Assembly: GCA_964276515.1 (NCBI GenBank)
Contig: OZ193909.1
Span: 18,848,001-18,912,000 of the forward strand
Length of the DNA stretch: 64,000 bases
Direction of reading: 5' to 3'
Source: Gordius albopunctatus
Taxonomy: Eukaryota
In this document: positions 22,801-34,700 of the stretch, in pieces
Position numbering within the stretch: position 1 is the stretch's first letter
Layout: every line of letters begins with the position of its first letter
The notes under the pieces: model-generated
Seen by the model: only the letters and a program-made list of their open reading frames with translations
What the model was told of the DNA's origin: nothing
Databases searched by the model: none
Made by a program: the position numbers and the translations under genes

Positions 22801-25765
22801 GCGAATAATTCGGTTGAAAAGATTGCGGTAAATAGGATGCCAGTATAGTGTTGTGTCATTTCCAGCCAATTGGGTTGTCCAAAATGATCGCTGCATACTA
22901 TAGCCACGTTGAGCGCTATGCAAATATCTATGAAATTCTTGTAGTATTCGTTGGATGCAAGCATTTTGCAAGTTGAACTAAACCCAGATAGCGGCTGGGA
23001 TGGACGTCTTACATCTTGTTCAAGTTGATTCCAAAAATCATCGTAAAGATCGACATGAGGATCAATATCATCAAAATCAATATCGTTTTCAGCAACAGGT
23101 ACCCATGCACGAGTAAAAAAACTACTTTTTCTATCGCATTCAAACAAAGTTCCTCCGGGCTCAATAGGCTTTAGTTTCGAGCGCCTAAGCTGAGTCGGAT
23201 TTTTAGAAATCTCTGCTTGATCAACGTTGCTATCTCTATGATCGTTCGTTGTGTCGTTGAATCTCATATCGAGGAAGGTTACAGTCTTGCCTAATTTTTT
23301 GCTCAAGTCAGCTTTAGACCTGTTAGCTTTTTGCGAGGTTCCCGTTTTGGCCCAATATGATTTCCATATTTTTTCTTCTCCCTTACGCCTCAAACTTTTT
23401 TCTGTAAACCGGACGAACTTTATCTTTTTGCTACAAGTCTCAAAGATGAATATAAATTTGGGACTAAAGGTGTTTGAGCTAAGGTTCACAACCTTAGCGT
23501 AAAGTCCAGTCCTTGCCTGTATGTCGGCTTCTATCTTGAGTTCCAAGTCATAGCTCGTGGTTATCACCACATTCAGTAGTGTACTATATAGCACGAGACT
23601 TCCGAAAAAAATGATGGGACCGAAAAAGGTGACAACAGCTATGGCAGGTTTTACGTCAAGTAGTTTTTCGTAAACATCCTCAAAATCGTCCAATATGATG
23701 ACGCGTAACACATTAAGCGCGGAGTAGAATATATTATCGAACGTGAAGTAAAGCCTATCTCTTTCACGCTCTCTTAAGCAGATATAATTGGGCGGACAAT
23801 CGGGAATGCTATGCCTACAAGGAACCGCTCGTCGCTCTAAGTTCAAGAAGTAATCTCTCCTCCCCGGGGTCAAGTGAGCTGGCAGCAAGTCCATCTCCGA
23901 ATTTAATCTGCAATACTGAGAGAGGGTTCCTTTGAAGGATATAAGGCCAATGTTAGCGTAAACGAATATCAAACCGGCTATAGCACCCACCACAACTGTT
24001 ATGTTTTGAAACGCTCTAACTAAAGTGAGTAGTACGATTCGGAACCGAGAGTAGGAACACAACAGGTCCAAGATTCTAAAGAATCGCATATAAATGAATG
24101 AACTGCCCCCATAGTCATTTTCGTCATCGATTGAGCTATGATAGTAGAGAGATCCCAATGCAACAATCACGTAAGATAAATCTAAGAGATTCAGCGTCTC
24201 TCGGGCGAAAGTATAGGGACCTAGGAATAGGGATGATAAAATTATCAAAAATGTGACAATACACATGTTGTGATATTGGATCCCGAATGACCTCTATTAA
24301 GTTTTCGAATAGTTCTCGCAAATATTTTTTAACTTACATCATGACGTATCTACTGTATAAGAAGGATTCAAGGAAATGCAGAATACAATATTAAGACATG
24401 CCCAAAGTGGTTTTTATGCCCATTTCGACGAGTTACTTTAATTTTTTTAAGATCTGACTAAATAAATTGATTTAAATACTATACACCTAGTACCTAACTA
24501 AGTCGCCTAGGTAAAATTTGAGTTAAAAACTGAGCTACTAAGATGAGCAACTGAAATATAGCGATCAAAATAGTTAGCTCTAGAACGTGCATCATAGCGT
24601 ATAATTTGAAAATAAATAATTAAACCTTATTCCCTAAAACATCTAGACCAGCTTCCATTTATTATTACCTTAAATTAAATCCTACAAGTTCTTGTTTATA
24701 GTTATCGTATACGATTTTCTATAAAATATTGACTTTCTTATTTCCTCCTGTTTATTAGCTATAATAAATTGACAGTTGAAACAATATTTTAAGGCGCAAA
24801 ATTTAATTTCATCTTTTTGGTTTCCTGCTGGCCTCGTCTAAAAGAGGAAGATGAAGACATATATTACCCATATCTTGTTTTTTATATTATTGTAATATAA
24901 TTCTAGTATTTAATATTATAAGAACAGATATAAATCAATAATCTAACTTTTAGCTAAATTTTCTTTAAAGCATTGCCTTTCTTAAACTGTGAAACTTGAA
25001 GAACCATTACTAGCCGAAATTAAATAAGTCGGCTTAATAAAATATAGGTTTGACATTTCTACTTACCTATAAAGAAACCTCTAGCAACAACGGCAGCACA
25101 ACATTCTACCACGTATAGACAAGTAGCTACAGTTTCGATCACGTGTCCAGTTTTAGCCGATGTATTAAAGGAGGCCACTAAATGAGTCATAAGCACAAAC
25201 AGGAGACCCGCTTCGTAATAAAGCGATGTGGTTAGATATATGCAACGACGTCTCAGCCAATTATTAGGTCGGAATATCCATAGGGCCCTATAGGGTTGGT
25301 TGGTATAACCACATGTCTAGAGGCACTTCATTTTTACAAATAGGCATGATCGTAGCCAAAGAGTGGCAGTAAATCCAGAATTTTGTCAAAATTTTATTTA
25401 ATCAAGGCTTAAATTTTTAAAAGCTGCCTAAAGCATTGTTGCCCCCCCCCCCTTAGTTCCAATCCTGGCTCCGCCCATGCAAATAGGCCATCTTATATTT
25501 CAAATTTTACTTATATCATTAGATAAGATGGTTTAATGTTTTAAAAATGGACCAAAATTAATTTTGCTCATATGAAGCTCGATGGTGCAGCTAACCTGTG
25601 AGCGTTGTAACGGTACACCCATGTTTTCCCCATTTTATCTCGAACGAGGCAAAAGGTAGGATATGGTATGGTTTTATCAATTTCTTCAAGCAGGACATCG
25701 TATATGGGGGTGGTATCATCGGATTTTGTTGTCTCTGACGACTTTTCCCCTGCCGGGTTTTCCAT
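19827..25765 (-). CDS. Divergent four-domain voltage-gated sodium channel alpha-subunit-like protein (Nav2/DSC1/NaCP60E-like), ~1594 aa
   Basis: Three exons: 25765-25596 (LLEEID..TFCLV..WVYRYNAH), 25287-25067 (ALWIFRPNNWLRRRCIYL..VVARGFFI, DI S1-S2) and 24220-19827 (4394 nt); total 4785 nt, in frame. Four repeats with P-loops (FDNIF..IILDDFE; ILCGQIYKP; NFDNIL..TIYQDME; FNFKTL..TTKTKV), a Nav-type C-terminal EF-hand-like region (LSDFLTRMMGPLRLEAPN..MNLPVYSG) and an IQ motif (VIQRRWKRY). AATAAA on the minus strand at 19730-19735. Confidence 0.9.
25345..25479. mobile_element. hAT MITE (CATGGGCGTAGCC family) in channel intron 1
   Basis: TIRs CATGATCGTAGCC / GGCTCCGCCCATG with a perfect 8-bp TSD CAAATAGG (25337-25344, 25480-25487). 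Confidence 0.85.
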
Positions 25766-25971
25766 GATTATCTATCCGTAGTGTTGTATGAAATTTTTAA
25801 ATTTATCAAATAGGAAAATAAAAATAGCTATTTTTTGCAAAATTCTCAATTCTATTTATAACTCTCCTAGCAAGGATAGGCTTGGCTTGATAGTATTTAA
25901 AATGAGGATCTACAACTTTCATATCTCACGTGAATATAGACAAGGCACCTTATAACAAGGGGGCAGTCATG

Positions 25972-26132
25972 CATGGGAGTAGCCAGGAACCCTCCCCCCC
26001 TAAATGGCGGGAAAAAAATTTCAATGCAAAAACCCTTGAAAATTAAAAAAAATTCTACGTTTTGCCCCCCTCCCTAATTTAAATTTTAAACGTTTTGCCC
26101 CCCCCCCAATCCAAAACCTGGCTACGCCCATG
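25972..26132. mobile_element. hAT MITE (CATGGGCGTAGCC family)
   Basis: TIRs CATGGGAGTAGCCAGG / CCTGGCTACGCCCATG with poly-C tracts; about 200 bp upstream of the channel ATG. Confidence 0.8.
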
Positions 26133-26532
26133 TGTCAGTGTGAGGGTAGAATGGGATGAAGCCCCGCGCCCTGTTACGTGAAAAATCCCTTTATGTTTAA
26201 TATAAAGTAATTTCAGATTCGCCTTAAACTAAAATATAGCCCGATTTTTTATTCCTACCTTTTAATAAAAACTACAAGTTTGTAATCGCTTCCTGGAATT
26301 TTTATTGCCGAAGAAATGTCATTTTATGAGGGATAAATTTTGGTAGTTCTTAAATAAAAATTAAAAAGATAAGGTTAAATCTATTTTTTTTTAATTTAAA
26401 TAGGGTTATTTCATTTGTATCATGTCTATTTTCTTCAGATAATTAGGGAGGGGCAGTTATTCCTCACTGCCACCCCGTACCCGTAGTTACTTGAATCTAT
26501 CTTTTTCTTAAAAAAAGGCAATGTGATTGTGC

Positions 26533-26821
26533 TAGAGACCTGCACGGCCCGGCCCGGCCAGGCCCTGTTGAGCTTAAAAAATCAATGGCCTGGGCTTTGA
26601 CGGGCCTTAATCTCACCCAGTGGGCTAGGGCAAAAATTATTGATGATTTTTTTACATGATAGCTATTAATTTTTGTAACGTCGATATATTTTTTAAACAT
26701 ATCAGTAAAAAAATTACAATATTAAAAAAGCAATTTAATTTTGTATAAACTAAACGGGCGCCGGAACCGGGTGAGTATTTTTGTGACGGGAGGGCCTAAA
26801 GAGGCACATTGCACGTCTCTA
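26533..26821. mobile_element. hAT MITE with TAGAGACCTGCA termini
   Basis: TIRs TAGAGACCTGCA / TGCACGTCTCTA; 8-bp flanks GATTGTGC and GCTTGCGC match 6/8 (decayed TSD); GGCCC subterminal repeats. Confidence 0.7.
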
Positions 26822-28611
26822 GCTTGCGCTAAATGATAAAGTTTAAATTTTATGATTCGGTGTATTTTGTAATTTCTACCCGTGAATTACACGAAGAAAT
26901 AGGGATTGTTATATGAAATTAACTAATAAAACAGTAAATTTAAAAAATAAATAAAAATATTTTTATTACTGAAAATAAAACCTTTTACACAAAAAGTCAA
27001 TAACTAACATACTTGTAATATCGGGGAATTTTAAATTGTTTAAAATTGTTTAATTTTTAATTCTAGAAAGGAGAATTAATTGAAATTTTAACAAATTTGC
27101 TTAGCCATTATATAATATTTAGAACATAATTAAGCAACCTGAATTAAAACATTTTTAAAACGCTAAATAAAATAAATGTACCAAATTTTAAAAATAAGCC
27201 ATCTTCTCAAATTATAAAATTGCCAAGGAAATGGGAAAGGGGGTGAGTTAGGGGAAATATTCCTCTACTTTAATGCAAAAAATATTTTTGGGGTACTTAT
27301 ATTGCAACCTCTTTAAATTAAAATGTTTAAAAACTAGCCGCCCACCCAAAAAATAAATCGCTTTAAATACCACATATTATTTCCTTAATACCAAATGAGA
27401 TGGTAGCCATAAAAAATATTGAGAACACATCAGCTGTTTTTTCAGAGATGTACGACCCGGTACCACGGTGATATTGGTACGGAAATCATGGGTCGGTATG
27501 TCTCGGCCTGTCGCGGACTCAAAAAGGGTCATAGAGTAATTAAAATTGTGAGAGTTTACTATAGAAATCTTATAGTGTTTTGGGGTCAGAATGACCCCAT
27601 GATGTCGTTTTTAGACTTTTTAAAGTTTGTTAACCCTAAATTAGCTATGACATTTGTGTGATTAAATAATAAAATTCACAATTTTTTTAGATAATATACT
27701 TGAATTGTATAGGGGCAATATATTGTATAGAACATTTATAATTTTCTTAAATATAATTTGAATTTCAAACTTTAGAGGGGAGGGCAGTACAAGTCATTTT
27801 TATCGGAAAATTGGATTTTTAAAATTAATTCCCATACAAAATTATGAGTTCAAAAATTTAGTTAATTTTTACGCAAAAATAGGTTGTAATGTCAATATTA
27901 TTTAGTAAGTTGTTTGCCTTTTACTCTTTGCCTTTATCATTATCAACTCTACCTTTACTAGATGCGTCACCTAGAGTAATGCAAGATATATATGATGACA
28001 AGGTACTTTACATAATATTCCCTTCGCCCCCTAACGCCCCCCTTTGACCCTCCCCATTCCCATCATTTATTTTTGATTTTAAGTTGCATTTTTTAAATAA
28101 AATTATTAATTACAACTATTTCTCTAAATGCAAATATGATTTAAAATTAAAAATCTTTTTTGCTAAATGAACCATAAATTTACGGATGGGGGGGGGCAAT
28201 GATGGGCAAGTTTCCCCCCTTTGCAAGAATATTTTATTTTCGATAAACTGTCAATCAATGTTTAGAGGTTTTGCGAGAGTTTTAATGTTAATGAACCTTT
28301 GCATGCGACACGGCTTTGAGAATGAGGAAGTCGAAAGGTAAAAACCGTTAACTCATTGCCCCCTACCCTCCTGTGTTCTTCATCCCTTCACGCCACAAGA
28401 TATAAAGCGAGACGTTTCGAAATTGCCAAAATAATTTTAGGAAGTTATTTTTGAATTATTCCTCAGTTAGTAGACTTGATTATGCTTATAATGAAAATTT
28501 ACCTTAAAATTTTTTCGGTGTTTTTAAGGGTAATGTGTTTAATTTTGTTGTTATTTGCATTATAAATGTTCCCGCCAATATTAAGCATTCTTTTTTTCAT
28601 TAAATAGTGCT

Positions 28612-28777
28612 CATGGGCGTAGCAAACATTAGAATTAGAGGGGGCCAATAATGGTTTAGGGAAGGCAAAATTAATATTTTTCAAATTTTAGCCATATTTT
28701 TGATAAATCTCAACAAATTTTTTGATTTAGAAGGGGGGCAGCCGCCCCTCCCTGCCCCCAGCCTGGGTACGCCCAAG
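28612..28777. mobile_element. hAT MITE (CATGGGCGTAGC family)
   Basis: Perfect 8-bp TSD ATAGTGCT (28604-28611, 28778-28785). Further family copies at ~3180-3285, 7643-7780, 7922-8065, 19420-19451, 32241-32400 and 41218-41310. Confidence 0.85.
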
Positions 28778-29009
28778 ATAGTGCTTTAGTTTAGACATGT
28801 GAAAACGTGGTTTTAAAAGGCAAACCTTCAAACTTGTTAAAATTGCGAACCGTTCAACTTCCTCGTATACAAAACCGAATTCCTTTTTATTTTATTTTTA
28901 AGGACAACAATATATTTCTGGAAACATTTTAACGAAACAAAAAATAAATAAAATGACTTGCTTTTTACGTAAAATAATTATAGCCACGTATAATAAATGG
29001 TCAGTCATT

Positions 29010-29730
29010 TTTACCTTTCCATTTTACAGGTGTTTCCTTAGAGGTTAATGAACCTCACCTTTTACCTGTGACGTCAGGGCCCCTGCTCGACAATGTAATA
29101 CATTGTACGAGTCTCTAACTACCTGCAATTTTTATCCAGGTGAAAATTCTTCCCAGAGGACATTGCCCCTCCCCTCCCCCCTCAGAGTTCGGTAAGAGTT
29201 AGATGAGGAAGAAGACCTTACCTGTCTTACCTGTGCGCCTGCGCATTCGTAAAGGTGAATCTCGTGTATTTGTTTTCTACCTGTGCGCACGCGCACTCGT
29301 AAAAGTAATAAGGAGGTCCCGTTGTTTGGCGCACTTTTTTCCCACCCGTTTTCGCGGATCGGGGACAAAGTCCGCGCTCTTCGTCATTCCTCAAAAGGGG
29401 CCAATATACTTACACCGTGCGAGCGAGAGTAGGCGGGGGGGGGGCAAAGATAGACAGGGGGGGCGGAAACATACTCACCTTGCACCCCCCCCCCCCTCTC
29501 CCCCCCCCCCCAGGAAACTAAGTGACATTTGCAAAAAAAGGGAGAGATAGATGAGGTGGTTTGAAAGAAGAAGAGAGTTTTTTTTGTAAAAATAGAGATA
29601 GAAGAGATATAATAGGAAATACCGTTCTTTGTTGACCCCACTTTGCCCCCCTTGCCCCCCCCCCCTTCGTGATTTATGTGTGAATGAATGTACGAGAATG
29701 ATCATATGATTGAAAGGATGCCAATGACCG
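29010..29730. promoter_or_regulatory. GC-rich cis-regulatory island upstream of Blimp-1
   Basis: Local GC/CpG enrichment without TIRs; five TACCTG and two CAGGTG sites, a CRE (TGACGTCA, 29069-29076), two NRF1/Ewg-type GCGC sites and an IR1 at 29042-29054. Confidence 0.6.
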
Positions 29731-31735
29731 TTTAACCCTCCCCGTTATTAGATATGTAAAGATGATAATAATAATCATTTCATAGGTAACATTTCGATGA
29801 CTCTCCCTATTTTTCTACCTTTTGTTCTTCTTCCCCCTTTCTAATTTTTCAAAGTTTTGCCCCCTTTTGCCCCCCCCCCTTCCTTTTAAAAAATGAATGG
29901 TTTTTCGTGGTACGGATAATTTTTGAAAGGGGCCGAAAAAACTATTCCAAAGTGATATATATACCAAATGTGATAATACTACACTTCTATCAATCGCTAC
30001 GACAAAACCAAAAAATCGAATTTTTAATTTAATTTTTATTAATTAATATTCCTTCTCTTTTTATTTGCTGATGATTTCTTGAAATATTAATCAAGCCCGT
30101 CAAATATACAAAAATTTGATCAATATCCTACATGATTTTTATAATAGGACGAATAAAAATTATTAAAAGTAAGTACAATATTTGTTTCATGATATACATT
30201 ATCTCTTTATCGATTTATAAAATAATATATAGTTGAAATTTATATTTTCCATATATATTATATATATATTTGAGAAATTTTTATTGATTTTAAACAAATA
30301 CTGTTAATACTGAACAAAAATTACAAAAAAATTGAGTGTTTTATAACTAGATTAGATATTTATTGAAAAAACATATTTTCTATATGAATCAAGTAATTTT
30401 ATTATGTATATATCTTGACGCTTTTCAGTTATTTGTAAACTATTAATACAAATTTTTTAATATTTTTGAGAAAATAATTAATTTTAATTAAAAATCATTT
30501 TCCACAATCTTTACATGGAGTATATGCGAGCAGCTGGATATTTATTGCGTATTTTAATTAAGAAATGCAATAAAAAATGCCCCGATTTCTAAATTCAACG
30601 ATCTTATCATATAATATCATTTTTCCATAAATTAAAAATCGTGTAAAATAATTTGAAAACATTATTTTTTTAAAATTTAAATTCTTGTAAAATAATTTAA
30701 AAACATTATTCTTTTTAAATATTTTTTAAAAATTATTCACTTATTAGTAGATTTGGATTTGTGAAAATAACCAGGGCATTAACTTTAGGTTAAAAAATCA
30801 TTTTTTTCTTAGAGTTTGGCCGTGTTAATTTATTGGGGCAAATTGTGGTTTAAAAATTTCGTTTTGTGTGTGTGAAAGTTTCATAACCCGAAAGGAAACT
30901 AATCTTTTACAAAAATTTTATAAATTTTGAAGAATTTTAACCTTTTTTAAGGCAAAAGTTAAGAAAACTTAAGCCATTTTTTGCCGATTAATTCAATTTT
31001 TTAGCAGTAGAAAACGGAAAGAAAAAGGGTTTTTTGAAAGGAATTCGTTGGTTTTAGGAAATAATTTGATGTTACCATAACTTTTGTTACTTTAAAAACT
31101 AAGAGCAATCAAATCCTTCCCCGATCTCTCAAATAACAAAAAACTCAGAAAAATATAATTTTTAAACGAAAATAAATCGGTTAACAAACTTCAAAAAATG
31201 TTTATCAATAAAAAAAACTTGAAAAAATATTCATAATTAATATTAATTCGTAATTATTTTAACTTGATTTTTTTTGTTTTTCCTAATAGTTTTGAATTAA
31301 ACAGCAATTAAATTTTTTTTATTTATTACAACCTACATTTTAATTATAAAACAATGGAATTTTATAAAATCAAAAATAATTTCTCCCCAAATATCGTAAA
31401 CCCATCGATTGAACAAGAGTTATAATTTTCAGAAATTGGATATCTCGGTTTAAAAGAATAAAAATATTTCAAAAAATTTAAAACAATTTAGCTCTATTTA
31501 ATTAGAGTATTACGAAAACTTGCCCTAGATGTTTTTCTCTTTTAATAATGATATGAAACATGTCAAATCTGTTTCCAGCAGGGTACTAAATAATCCATTA
31601 TAAAAATTTAATATATAATTCATATATTAATAAAACTATCAAAACTATCAAAATTATTTAAAAAATTTATTAAAATTAAAAAGAAGATTTAAACAAAAAA
31701 AATCGAGGAATTTTCAATTGTCCTACAATGTCACC

Positions 31736-34700
31736 ATGAAGATGACATTTAGAGTGGACACACACAGGTATGAGAGTAAGGTCGTTGACCATTGCCTCTG
31801 TATTGAATTAATCAAAGGTGGTTCATTGAAAGGGTGACAAGTATCCTTGTGCTCAGCAAAAATTGTATGGGTGTTAAAGGGAAAATAACATATATTATAC
31901 TATGTTTTTATCGTAAAATTACTAAATTTAGTTTATAAAAATTAAAAATTTATTATAAAGTATATGAAGTTTATTAAATATTTTAATAAAAACTTTGGTA
32001 TTTTTAGTTTCATTTTGAAATTTTGTTCAATAAAATTTAGAAAACTTTTATAAATTAACTTTTTTCTATTAATAAAAATGCTAAAACTGAAAAAAATGAT
32101 TGATTCTTATATTTTTTAGGATTATTGTCAATTACTGGCATGAAAAAGATAAAAGCCCCGATTATAAATCTCAGATTTTATATGTACAATTCATGAATTA
32201 CGTAGAACCTTAATTTATTACTATAATAGCAGCTAGTGAGCATTGGCGTCGGCAGGGGGATGCAGGGTAGGGCAGTTGCCCCTCTTTTAAATCCAAAAAA
32301 TCTTTAGAATTTAAAATAGTGATGATTACAATTTCAAAAAATGATCATTTTGCCACTCGGTAAATCATATTTATCCCCCCCTCCAATTAATATGCCACTA
32401 AGTTTTGACAATATTTCTTTAATTTTATTGTTAGTATATAAACGATTTTAAATTATATCAATGAGTAGAATTCGGAAAACAATAATATACAGTATACACT
32501 GATGAAGGAAAAGGCATTTCCTCCTATAATTCAAAACGATTTGATGCAAAATAGGCATTTTTTTAAATATCAATCTAACCTTGAAGGGCAGGCCCGAAGC
32601 CCGCTTATTTGGGCCTTGGGTCGGGTCTAATGTGTCAGCCAGACCCGAGGCCCGAAACCTGCCAAAAACAATTTTTAGTAAATAAACCATTTAAAAATTT
32701 TATATTTTTTTAGTCGTGTATGTAATTTATTTATTTTCTGTATACCATGCACCAAAATTAGAATTTTTGTTTTTAATTTTAAAAAATTTATATATCAAAA
32801 AAAAAGTTTTTATAATCCAATTATATTTTTTGCTCAAAATTGTAAGATTTTATCCACCATTTGTCAAAATTTATATTTATGGAACTTTAAAAAATAATAT
32901 AAATACGTAAATCTATAATAAACTTTTAATAAAAATTTCATTAATTTCAGGTTGAGATGGGTGGAAAATACAATTTAGTAATTTTTTGCAAGATAAATTT
33001 ATTTATAGCTAAAAGGATTTTGGGTTCTCGTTTGGCTCTGGCTCACCACGGTGCTATGAATGACTTTATCAATTTAATTTTCTGTGCTTTAAATTTAATA
33101 TAAGCTCGAGGCTTATATTAATGCAATTTTAGAATTTTTAAGAGATCATTTTTGTATAGTTGGCAATAAGTATATAATATAGATAGATAAAATCCTCATT
33201 TCTAACAAATTTTATTAAAATTTGGATTAAATTTCTTATATAACCCAGTCTAATTTTAAAATATCCTTTTTATTCTAAATTTCTCTGAAATAATTTTTAT
33301 TAATCCATATTAACGCTATGAAAAGTCATAAATAATGAGAATCCTTTTTGTTTGAATAATAGAAATTCAACCATTTAAAAAACAAATATTTAGGGCTCAC
33401 CTTTAGAAAAACCAACTTACCCAATTTTCCTATTTATTTTAAACTACTTTATCGTAAAATATATTAATATATAGGATAAAATTTTAATTTTCATAATTCT
33501 AAAGATTTTTATATTATTAATTTTAGAAAAAAAATATAATAATCAATACATTTATAATGTTAAATTTATAAAAAATAAAATAAAAAATATCATTGATTAT
33601 ATAATGTTTTAAAATAATTTTAGAGTAAATTCTGGGGTCAAAATAATGGAAAATGGGTTTGAAAATGAAGCCAATGCATTATCGGAGGAAATGTATGAAA
33701 AGTTTTGCGTTTACCGAGTCAGTGATAAAATTGTGGACTTTTCAGATGATTTTTGCACAAAATCTCGTTCTTCAATTCCAAGGATTTTGGAACTTAAAGA
33801 ATCTTCTTCTTTTATAAATGTATGAAATTTAAATTTTATTTCTTTAAAACAGTTTTTTGCAACTAAAAGAATATTATTTGGTTTTTAAAATTTTAATTTC
33901 TACCTTTTTCTATTTCGCCCGTGCTTTTTTAAGCAACTAAGTCTTAATGGATAAGATTATTCTAAAATTTGGAAGAAAATTATTCATAACGTTCTTTTTT
34001 ATTGGAAAAATAAGGCGCAAAAACGTGTTATATGTCTCTATCTTTCTCCAAAATATGCAAGAAATGGTAGGTTGGAGTCAGGAATTATTTGTATTCCTAA
34101 AATCACTTAAAATAGTAAAAATAAATAAATTTTGAAATTTGTGGAAACAAGGGTCGTCATTTTAACTCATTTTTAAATTGCAAATTATTTTTATAGTATA
34201 TATTAAGCCTCTAGATTTCAAACGAATTTTAAATTTAAAAAAATAAAATATTCGATTCGAGATTCTTCGTATATTAAATTATCGATTCGAATTAGATTCG
34301 AAACGATTAAAGATTCGAAATCGATTCGAATATTTTTCAAATTTTTTTAAAACTAAAATCATCGCATCAATATATTTTTGCATTTCAAAAAGTTTGAATA
34401 TAAAAATGTTTAAGGCGAACAAAATAAAAATATTGATTTAGTCAGTTTTTGTTGATTATATAATAAAATTTTGACACAGGTATCATTATTCGATGATTTA
34501 ATATATGTGAAATGGTCTCAAACCATTAACATTTCTTCATTTCTACATAATCTTTAGTTTAAATGTTAAAGTATAATGGATATATACAAAAATAATATCA
34601 AACATCAAGTAACGATTACTAGATGGTAGCCAAAATATCGACATATTTCGGAAGATGAAGCCTATATTGAATATAAAAAACAATTTTTAATATATTTTGT

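Noticed and set aside
20236..23502. Short plus-strand ORFs antisense to the channel
   Set aside because: Shadow ORFs of a long coding exon with no recognisable motifs.
24221..24266. ORF-track start MCIVTFLIILSSLFL for the channel
   Set aside because: This is intron sequence upstream of the acceptor (TTCCTAG|GT at 24220); the true N-terminus comes from two upstream exons.
27440..27640. piggyBac-like element (GGGGTCAGAATGACCCC, TTAACCCT)
   Set aside because: Only fragmentary motifs; no matching TIR pair or TTAA TSD could be defined.
29132..29705. ORFs of 76-115 aa in the GC-rich island
   Set aside because: Low-complexity Gly/Pro products of homopolymer tracts with no homology cues or splice support.
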